DNA of 63,214 bases, counting the filler, from Vermamoeba vermiformis (Eukaryota), in NCBI GenBank assembly GCA_045837725.1. It is 5 parts of 5 records of this genome, joined end to end, with 100 filler letters (N's around TTAATTAATTAA, not from the genome) between each part and the next. Parts side by side here need not be neighbours in the genome. Positions count along the whole stretch, not along the records: positions 29,077 to 49,298 come from JBEWZL010000173.1; positions 49,399 to 53,736 come from JBEWZL010000174.1; 3 more parts are not named here. The stretch is one strand, 5' to 3'. The translations under genes were made by a program, and so were the position numbers. The notes under the pieces are model-generated. The model saw only the letters and a list, made by a program, of their open reading frames with translations. It made no database searches and was not told where the DNA came from. Positions 39,945 through 49,624 of the stretch are shown here, piece after piece. Numbering within the stretch: the stretch's first letter is position 1; every line of letters starts with the position of its first letter.

Positions 39945-41242
39945 ATGTAAATAGTTTAAATTCACTTACTACTTATGACGTGGCATTAGTGCAATATTAA
40001 AGTTGCAAAAACTTCAATGAGTTTTGAATGAAAGTTGTTCGTCTTTGCCTTTGTGTTAGCTAGATCTAGCTTCTTAGCTTGTGTATGACGTGCTAATGAG
40101 CATTAGTAATTGCATCAATTTCCTAAACAGCTCGTTGTTACATTACTAGCGAGACAAGCATTAGGATCGCACAATTTCAGATTCGGAAACCGCCCGCGAT
40201 TTAAAATTTAAAATAATGCTACGTTGTATAATAAATCAGCCACGCGTATTCGAGGTGCAAAGAGGAAGGAACGCGTGATTGTGCAAGCCCACAAATTAAA
40301 ATTCCAACGGCAACGTTACTAATTATTCGATTGTAAGATTAGATTACGCTATAATACCACAATAAACGCTTAGTAATACGTCATACCTTAGATTGTGACG
40401 TCAGTATCATCAAATATCGCGAAAACTGGCAATTCAAAGAGATCTAATTGAAAATAGGCGGATGTAAATTGTCGATCTGCTTCCAAAAAGTTTCGGGAAT
40501 AGCAAGAATGAGACTAGCAGATATGTATTTCTTAATGCATATGATTACGGCGACTAAATCCACGTAAACGCACAATGCATGTTTCCCCCGAAGTTTCTAT
40601 AATTCGACCAATCAGAAACATCGTTCAGTGAAAAGGTCCTATCGGAATGAAAGTCCACGTGCAGATGAATCCAAAACAAGCGTAGATTTCATTGTGTGCG
40701 ATGTGTTGGACCAATCACATCGCTTCAATCGCGAATCACGCACCAATTACGGCAACGCGTTGTTCATTTCCTTTATTTTTGTATTTTTTCCTTCTCTTCC
40801 TGTTTTTTTTCAACATCTGCTAAGCACATCCGTGCAACACTTCATATTTATTTTTTAGTATTCTTTCAAACTGAGTGCTAATAATACATCAAGCCGTGGT
40901 GGTGACTCGACGAGTAAGTTAATTAGGGCTCCATCCTTGCTCCTACGAGTTTATAAACCTTCCTCGGACAATTACATCATCTCAATCATCTTATAATTAC
41001 TTAAATAACCGAGTACACTCATAATAATATTAAACTAAGCCTATTAAATTGGTGAATAGATTACATCTCGCTTTCGAATTTCATGAATCTAATTATTTTA
41101 TATCGATGGAGGATAATCTATTGTAATAATTATGATATAATATAGCAATAATACGTATTAACACTATCAAATTATAGAAATGGTAACTAATTGCCCCATT
41201 CTCGTAGATTTAACCAAGTCCCGGGGTTCGTCTTCCCCGTTA

Positions 41243-42198
41243 ATGGACAAGGACGAAATAGTCAAGGAGTTTTATACACTCAAGGACGTGTATAACAAAG
41301 GTTGGATTGACGATACCGAATTTCAGCAGCGAAAAAGGCAATTAGTCGATCGAGTCACCAATACCACTTATGGCGAGATCTGGAACGGACCAGGCTCGCC
41401 CTCTAGAAACAGTACTTCAATAGCAAATAGTAATCCAACCAATGCAAAGGCGAATTTATTAAACAAAGACAACAACGGACGAAAAAGTTTTTCAGAAGAG
41501 TCGCACGACCTCTTGCTCAGAGAAAACGGTCAAAATAATGGCGCCAATAGCAAAGAAAATGGCCGAAACGGCAGTTTAGATTCAAGTAATAGCAAATCTG
41601 ACTCCAGCAAGCGATCTAGTCCCGATTCTAATGGAAAAGATCCCGGATTCGAATCGAGTAATCCGATCAACGTTTCTCCACCAAATGGACCGGAGACCTC
41701 AAGTGACGATAGAAATAATATTGACAATTATCACGACAATGGCGACAACCGGAAAAAAGTTGCCTCAATCGATGCTCTGATCAACAAAAATAGCCCACCG
41801 AGCACGGCTCAGCCGACAATTGTATATCCTGTGGTAAGTCAAACTATATTCCGGGATATTGGGTAACAGTTCATCGGTGTTTAATCTTCAAATCTATGCA
41901 CATTTATGGCAAATTTAAAAATTCTCCGATCTCAAAACTCCGGTGAGAAAAAAACCCAAACTATACGCGTGCAAGCGTCTTTTGTTCTCGGCTTTATCTT
42001 TTGGATACTGCCATTCATCATATAACTCATGTTTAATCACCCAGGCTTCGCCGGGACTGATGATGGACGGCATAATGCCTATGAATAGGATGCGACGCAC
42101 CGCGACTTCGGAGCCCAGTAATGACGGTAAAGGAGATGACCGAGTTCTGTCTCAGCTTTTATCTGACGACGTTAACATTAATAATCGATATTCTATTG
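41243..42198 (+). CDS. 5' part of host gene (SHOCT-like N-terminus, Asn/Ser-rich linker), interrupted in an intron by the transposon
   Basis: LKDVYNKGWIDDTEFQQRKRQLV is SHOCT-like; exon 2 ends ...NNRYSI at a GTACG donor near 42199; no continuation before the element. Confidence 0.6.
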
Positions 42199-42232
42199 GT
42201 ACGACTTTCCTGGCTTTCGAAATTACATCTAT

Positions 42233-42267
42233 CGAAAGGTATTGTAAAAGTGCATTTGGGTACATTT
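42233..42267 (+). repeat. Left terminal inverted repeat
   Basis: CGAAAGGTATTGTAAAAGTGCATTTGGGTACATTT versus reverse complement of 49264-49298 CGAAAAGTATTGTAAAAACGCATTTGAGTAAATTT. Confidence 0.88.
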
Positions 42268-42270
42268 AGT

Positions 42271-43314
42271 TTATTTACGGTACATAAACTTTTGCTTTGC
42301 TCTTCTATTATTGTATTGAGGGCGGCCCAGGCTTGGTCTTCCAATAGAGTTGCGTATCACTCTAGGTCGTCCACGCTTTCCTTTGCGCACTGCATAGTGA
42401 AGAGCTTGCTTGTCCTGGTGAGTAATTTCAGTTTGTTCCAGCTCCATTGCCCATCCACTATAAGGACCAACAGATTCTTTGGATACATCTTCTGTTGGTA
42501 CATAGGGAAGCTGTCCCCCTGGTCCTTTCCACCAAATCTTCTTTCCACTGGAGTCAAAGGCACGTTGGGAGTCTTGTTTGCCATACACCTTCAGGAAATC
42601 ATTCTCAAACCAAGTTTTCATTTGAGCATCTTGCATGTTGTAGTGATCTGGTAACTTGGCAATGAATTCCATCACAATTGCATGTAGAGCATCCAACAGA
42701 GTTTGCAAAAACTGAGGTTCGTTCAGGAGGCTAGCAGGAGTGAAAGGTGGAATGTTTGCCTTATGGAGAGTTTCAGCACGCAGATAGTTTCCAACTCCAG
42801 GAAAGAAGTCTTGATCCAGCATCAATACACAGAGAGGAGTAGTAGCCAGGTTCTTGCGGGTAGCTTTCAACTTCTGTTGCAGGTGCTTTTTGAATGCTGA
42901 TGGTTCAAGGAAGAAGTCATGTGAAAGAGTGTCAGGTTTGTAATCCACATATATAACAATGTGGTTGCTGGGCTTGTGGAAGAGTCCAATGACCAAGCCA
43001 TCTGCACGATGGAAAGCAATAGCCACAAATTTGCTTTCAGCTTCATACTGTTCAGGGGTAAGAAACACAACTTGTCCTTTCATGCTGAGAGAGATGTAGA
43101 GAGTGTGCTTAAGTTGACGTTTTTGCCGCAGCTTGATAATAAGCCACTTTCCAATGGCAGAGGCAGAGAGAGTATACTGTCCATTCATGGTAGGTAGGGG
43201 CTCTGAAGAAGTAGGTACTTTGTATGGACCAGTGGATATTGAGTTGAACTTGTGGCCCTTTGCTTTGGCATTGATGGCACTTGCATCTAGCTTGTTTTCA
43301 AGGTATTCTGGCAT
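42271..43314 (-). CDS. NEIL1-like (Fpg/Nei) DNA glycosylase/AP lyase, intronless, C-terminal AT-hook
   Basis: N-terminal MPEYLE (catalytic Pro2/Glu3); SASAIGK; H2TH PLCVLMLDQDFFPGVGNYLRAETLHKANIPPF; zincless-finger-like LKVYG..DSSGKKIWWKGPGG; tail KRGRPR. Confidence 0.92.
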   Translation of the reverse strand: MPEYLENKLDASAINAKAKGHKFNSISTGPYKVPTSSEPLPTMNGQYTLSASAIGKWLIIKLRQKRQLKHTLYISLSMKGQVVFLTPEQYEAESKFVAIAFHRADGLVIGLFHKPSNHIVIYVDYKPDTLSHDFFLEPSAFKKHLQQKLKATRKNLATTPLCVLMLDQDFFPGVGNYLRAETLHKANIPPFTPASLLNEPQFLQTLLDALHAIVMEFIAKLPDHYNMQDAQMKTWFENDFLKVYGKQDSQRAFDSSGKKIWWKGPGGQLPYVPTEDVSKESVGPYSGWAMELEQTEITHQDKQALHYAVRKGKRGRPRVIRNSIGRPSLGRPQYNNRRAKQKFMYRK

Positions 43315-43492
43315 TTGTTGTGTTGTCTTTAGAATCAATTTAAAAATGACAGTTTGCTAAGAATTCTCCTTTTATACCCTACTATTTTAGAAAGTCAGCG
43401 AAATTTTGACGAAAAATCAACGAAATCTATTACTTCTAGAAGTTTCTCATTTTATTTAACTAGCAAGAATTTCGCAGAACGTCAGGAACTAA

Positions 43493-44948
43493 TTATTTGA
43501 ATTTCGAGAAGGTTTGCACTACTGCACTGAATGCCTCTTGAGACTCAGCTTGCTGTTGCTGTTGTAACAACAACATGAAATTAGCCTGTTGTTGTGCCAT
43601 TGCATGCCGATGGTGCACTTGTTGAAGCTCTAGCAGTTTTTGAAGCTGGAATGGTACGTTGAACAGTGGAGTGACATTGTGCGTGGCAGGTTCCAAAGCA
43701 ATCGGATTTGGAGAACAATCTTGATTAGAAAGAGACGGTGCATTTTGAAGAGCACTATCACTCAATGGTTGGGTTGGTTTGAGCAGCGTCTCTGGCTTGA
43801 GCTTTGGAGCCTCCATCACTTTCTTTTGTTGCTTTGGCTTTGGCTTGACACTAACAGAGCTCTCCGAGTCAGAGGATGAGGAGTCAGGTAATATCTTTGG
43901 AGCTGGCTTGCGCTCCTTTCTTCGACGCAGTGCCTGAGGGATTGCTTGCTTTAGCTCTAAGTTCAAGGTTATTAGATGATACTACTGATGTTTTTGATTA
44001 TACCTTTTTTGATTACTGGCACACTCTTCACAGGAGGAGAACGAGAAGAACGAGGTGGTTGGGTACGAGTTGCACTCTTTGGATGCATTTCTTTGGGCTT
44101 TAATTTGGACTTTGCCGGAGATAACTTTTTTTTCTACAAAGGTGAATAAGCTTTTATCTTGATAGATAGCTAGGTTACCTTTGCACTGATGTACTCCTTG
44201 AATAATATGTCCAGTTGGGGCTGTTGCCCAGAGCTTGTTTTGCCGTGGATTGTCAGGACCTCGCTGAACTTGACCTCGATGACCTTTGCTAGAGTTGGGT
44301 CGGCAAGAAGGACTTTGTTGTATTGTTTGTTTCTCTTAATGAGAAGGACAGTGTGGAGCCCAGCATTTGATTTCAAGGCAACCAAGTCTCCTGCCTCGAT
44401 GCAGAAGTTGTCCACTCTTCGAGTCACTTTGTAATAACACTTCTTTTCCCAAGGCTCTCCAAAGTAAATGAAGTACTCAGTGATGTCCTCTGCAGTGAGA
44501 GTTAACTATTGTAGAAGTGTACAAACAGTAGGACTTACTCTTGTCTTGTTCGGATGAAACTGGATCGGCGACAGGCTTTTCTTGGCCGTCCAAGCTAATG
44601 GCTTTATCTTCTATAATAATGCATTATAATATTATATTTTAGATAGTAGTGTAATTATTTATTACCTATAGTATTGAGGAGTTGATCTGAGCTTTTTTCT
44701 TTGGATCGAGCTAGATTTGAATCATCGGCAGAATTGTCAGCTATTGAAAAATGAAATTAAGCTTACATTAAGCTAATGTATATTATTTTACTATTATATC
44801 CTAATTATTAAAGGTAATATCTCATACCTAATGACTTCCGAGATGGATTCAGATCTGAGGAATCAGTTTCAGTCTTTTGCTCGGGAGGGCTTGCATCTTC
44901 GGGGGTTGTTGGTACTTCAATAATAGAGTTTTCTGGGTTATTAGCCAT
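43493..44948 (-). CDS. Transposon cargo protein with BAH/SH3-barrel-like domain and Q-rich C-terminus
   Basis: Spliced from MANNPENSIIE; central KCYYKVTRRVDNFCIEAGDLVALKSN..IEVKFSEVLTI; Lys/Pro/Ser-rich linker; Q-rich end. Confidence 0.55.
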
Positions 44949-46030
44949 TGTTGTGGTTATCTAATGACTTCCGAGCAACTTCTGATTTTGTTCTCCCAAA
45001 AAAGGAAGTTACCAGGGCTTTGGGCACGAGCCAATTTACCAAGCCATTTTCTTATTACTATCAACAAGATAACCCACAACTACTACAGCTACTATTAATA
45101 ATAACATCAATATCATTGGTCATTTTATTCAAAACACTATGGAGATTAATTCAAGGTAAGCCGGGTCAGATTTGATTTTCCTCCCTCTTCGGAAGTCATT
45201 AGAAATTATTCTTTTGAGTTATTAATAATTAAAAGGGCTTTAAAGTACAGCTCTAATAATATCCTAATGAAGGAATTGACAATTTAATGAAAAAAGTGAT
45301 CGGCACAATTTCATATCTGCCTCGCAAGTCATTTCTAATAATTATTCAGTGCTGTTAATATTATATGATGATATTAATATAGTATATAATGCACTTATGG
45401 GCTTTGTTTTGTTTATGCTTTGTTTATAGCTTATCTTTAATGCCAACTACCCCGTGCCCTCAGTAAAATGTTCGGCAACCAAGTTAAATGCACTTGTAAC
45501 TCCATATACAGCATTCAGATAACTCAGAAAAGATAGATAAATGAATATATTGTCCTATTTGACATTTGTAGCCTTTGTATGGCTTCTCAAGTTCTGCCGG
45601 CAGTCAGATCCAACTTTAACCACTTTCCAACACTACTTTGCCGAACTTCCTAAAGAGTAATTATATGAAGTATTAATTGTGCATAATATAAACGTGCAAT
45701 TACTTATCAAATGAAAAATCTTGACTGGTAGTTACAGTTCGGTTGTTGAGTCCTCCCATTGCGCAACTGTTTGCCGAACAAAACTAACTTAATATATGCA
45801 CTTAATACACCACATTATGCCTAATTCAATGATATTCGACTGTCTGAAAAATGACTCAGCGATGATGTCGAAACAAACTTTGCACCAACTTTTGCACCTC
45901 TGGTCTACGACTTTGCCGAACACTATTTCATTGATAATTGAATATTGTTAATCATTTATAGTTTATATATTATATTGTTGGCTCGTTGAAAAATCACTGC
46001 TCAAGTTAGTGACTGACTTGTCTTTTTTAG

Positions 46031-49000
46031 ATTTCAAGGATTCCTGTGGGGCTCAGCTGGTAGGACTTGGTGAGCTTTCTCATTAGTAGTACTAACCTAG
46101 AAACTAGGAATGAAAGATCTGTGCACTATTGAAACTGTTGCCCTGGTGCTTCGCCTAACACTGCAGTGTATTCCTGATTTGCAGCTGACTAGTAATTTCT
46201 TTCGCTTGCTTGCAACCTGGATTCAATTTGCACCATTATCAAGCTCAGCATTACATCAATTGAAAGTTGATTTAATTGAAGCTCTTGGACCAGTAGCTGG
46301 ATGGACTCCGTGCCAATCATACGTTTCTATTGGAGCAATACTGTCTGCTGCTATCAAAACCTTGCCCACAGCTGAAGCAACCCTTTTTTGCACTTCTGAA
46401 GAGCACAGATCAAATTGCCGCTGCCCCTTAACTATCAAACAATTCAACAACCCAACTGTTTATGTTGCTGAGAAACTTTCTGACAGTACGCTCTCCGTTC
46501 AGGCTTCAATTCACCATTTGATAGACTATTGCCAAAAAATGCCTATGCCGTGTGAATTTTGTGGAGAATTTGCAGTGGAACATCGTAAGAAACTCCAGTG
46601 ATGTCAAAGATATATTCTTACAAATGTGTTAGGAACAATGCACCTTCCAACCGTTCTCACAGTGGAGTTGGGCAGATATAAGAGACAGTTCACCAATATT
46701 AATTTACAAATTGAACCAACTCTCCACTTTGGAGATAGCACATATAGTCTACTAAGTGCTTTGATGTGTGATGGGGTGCACACCACGTGTTACTTTCTTA
46801 ACAACAACGCCACATACTTTTATGATGGGATGCAAAACAATGGTATAGCCTATCGAGTGAATGAAGATATCAATGTTAGCAAAAACAAACAATACATTGA
46901 TCATTTGGTGTACATTAAGCAGCAGGTCTGTTGACATTTGTCTGTATTCCAGTATTGACAATCTAAATAGGACCTGGCAACTAAGAAAGAAGTTAATGGA
47001 ATTGCATTGTTTCAATCCATTATATCAAAAGCTGAAGAGGAGCCACTCATCTCTCGCTCATTTTTCAGAGAGCTCACAGCCGTGAAAGTTCCCTCTCAGA
47101 AAGCCCAACATGCAAAGAAAGACAAACTAGTGAGTGAACAGTCAATAACAAAGGGTATGTTTTCGCTTCTAAAAAAACACCTCTAACTTGTTTACACCAG
47201 TTCAACAAGATAGCTGTTGTAATGCAAGGTGCACTTCATTGTTTACGTATCAACAGATTCTCAAATGTCGCAAAATGGTAGCTGACATGAATGAAAGTGA
47301 AAAAACAACTTGGCTATTGAAATTTATGGGAACCAACATGAATATATCAGATCCTTCAGTTGTGTTTTTGATCAATGGAATGTCAGTTTGTCAGTTGGCT
47401 TTCTGTCGGATCTATGGTGTAGCCGTTCAGAAAGTGATTCACTGCAAGCAAATGCACCTTAATGGCAGTACTGCAACTCTACATGGTAATTACTTTCGAG
47501 TATATGATACTCCAAAGAGAGACTCTGTTGCAGCATGGATTTCAGCTTATTGTGAAACCTATGGAGACTATGTTCCTACAAAGGATGAAATTCACTTACC
47601 ATCTCATTTAACGTAAGTTTGTATATAAAATAGAATATGGTTGTAATTACTAGCTTCAGAAACAAAGAGTGGTACAAACTTTTTGCAGAAGAGTGCAAAC
47701 TGCAACGGCCAACTGAAGATATTCCCAGTTTTGAGACATTCAAGCAAGTGAGGCACAAGCAATTTAAGGTACATTAACTTGAATCCTATTAATACTAATT
47801 ATCAATTTAGAATGTTAAAAGACCGAAAGAAACCAGACTGGGAAAGTGCTCAACATGCCTATTAATTAAACAGAAGCGACTTCAATCTGGTCTGTGTGAA
47901 AAAACTCTTTCAGCTCTTAAGCAACAAATGCAAGATCATATAGCCTATATTACCAGAGATAGACAAGGTTATCGAGTTCGAACAGATATTGCTATCAAGC
48001 AACCTCACCTCAAGATGAGTGTCATTACGGACAAAAGTGGCTCATTTTGGTTGCCTCATTTTCATCCAATGCCAAAAGAATGGACAAATGTAACTTTCCT
48101 ACCTGTCAGTTTTGTTGGCTTCATCAACCATGGTCTGAACAAGAGAGAATTGGTGTTTTTCAAGGAAACAGATTATGTAGCAGATTCAGACTTTTACATC
48201 TCACTGCTTTTCCATCACCTAAAAGAGTCACTTCTCACTCTAGACCCAGGCAAGAGACCAAGAACTCTTTACTTGCAAGTAGATAACAGTGCCGCAGAAG
48301 GAAAGAACCAGTATCTGCTACAGTTTGCAGCAGCTTTAGTGCACCATAACTGGTTCGATGAAATATTCATTCACTACCTTCAACCTGGACATACCCATGA
48401 AGACATTGATAGATTGTTTCAGTTATTCCACACTTACTTTCGATGGAAAGTTATAGAAACTATGGACCAAGCAGTGGAATTTGCCAGAGCCATCTATCCA
48501 AAAGACATTCTCATTCGTGAATTACAATGGCCAGTATATTCATGGAAGAAATGGTTTCTTGGCTTTTCACAGTCAATAAGTGGACATAAGGACAAGTATG
48601 CATTTTGGATCAAACCTGGACTTGACAACACTCCTTCTCTTTTGTATAAGAAACAGTCACTGGATAATGAATGGACGGAAGTTAAAGATGAACTTTTCAG
48701 CGCAGCTCCATCTGGTCAGCCTTCTGTGATACAACCCACTTGCCCTTCTGCCGATTTGATTCAAACTATTGTTAGCAAGGCTCAGAAATTCTTGTCAAAA
48801 CAAGTAAGCTTTCAACTTTGAAACCGTTTCTTAAGGCTAGTTTAGGCAATTGAATATTTCGAAGCTCTGGCACAATACAAACCGATTCAAAGTTCTGAAG
48901 CAATGTTCTCCATTGGGCAAGTGAAACCAGAAGTGCCTGCCCCAATAATTAGTACTAGCTCAAAACCAGAGGTAGAAGTGTTAACCAAAAAGCGCAAACG

Positions 49001-49241
49001 AGATTTCACTCAGGGTATGCTGTTGGCAACTATTTGAACCAATACTAATTCTTTTCAAGACCAAGAGGAATGGATTGTCAAAAGAGTAGTTGACCATAGG
49101 AAGAATGGAAACAGATTAGAATGGTTGGTTCTGTGGGAAAATGGAGAGCAATCGTGGGAACCACGAAATTGCTTCATTGATGCTGACCAAAGCAAAAACC
49201 AGGAATGGGCAGAGTATGAACAGAAAAGAAGGAAAAAATAA
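46031..49241 (+). CDS. USP-like cysteine peptidase - Sola-type DDD transposase - chromodomain fusion (5' exons probably start near 45440)
   Basis: FQGFLWG..DLCTIET (Cys box), CEFC, LPTVLTVEL, GVHTTCYF..YFYDGM (His/Asp box). In-frame splicing into CCNARC, LGKCSTC, VITDKS, LYLQVDNSAAEGKN, GHTHEDIDRLF. Last exon EWIVKRVVDHRK..EWLVLWENGEQSWEP. Confidence 0.82.
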
Positions 49242-49263
49242 CCAGTTGTCTTATAAAAGTGCG

Positions 49264-49298
49264 AAATTTACTCAAATGCGTTTTTACAATACTTTTCG
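49264..49298 (-). repeat. Right terminal inverted repeat
   Basis: Reverse complement matches 42233-42267 at 30/35 positions; abuts the gap. Confidence 0.88.
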
Positions 49299-49398
49299 NN
49301 NNNNNNNNNNNNNNNNNNNNNNNNNNNNNNNNNNNNNNNNNNTTAATTAATTAANNNNNNNNNNNNNNNNNNNNNNNNNNNNNNNNNNNNNNNNNNNN
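49299..49398. other. Assembly gap with linker
   Basis: N run containing TTAATTAATTAA. Confidence 0.97.
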
Positions 49399-49624
49399 TC
49401 TGCTGTGGTTCAACTCAAGTCAGATTGTTTTGCTACGAGCAAAAATGCCAAAAAGGCCTACCGAACAAAGAAAAGAATTATGCAACTTGAACCCATACCT
49501 GACGCTCCAGATGTTTAATGTTTCAAAAGTTTATTGTTGCTAAGTACTAATATGTGTATATAAAACAAAAACTTTCTGCAGGAATAGAATTAAAATTTCA
49601 TGGTTAAGCCAGCTTGGTCGGAGA

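Larger units (their letters stand above)
42233..49298. mobile_element. Sola-like cut-and-paste DNA transposon with cargo genes, ~7.07 kb
   Basis: 35-bp imperfect TIRs (30/35 identical), a DDD transposase, CpG-poor interior; the contig ends exactly at the right TIR. Confidence 0.88.

Noticed and set aside
49399-49518. Short open frame after the gap as the 3' end of the interrupted host gene
   Set aside because: Only 39 codons with no motif; the link across the gap cannot be supported.
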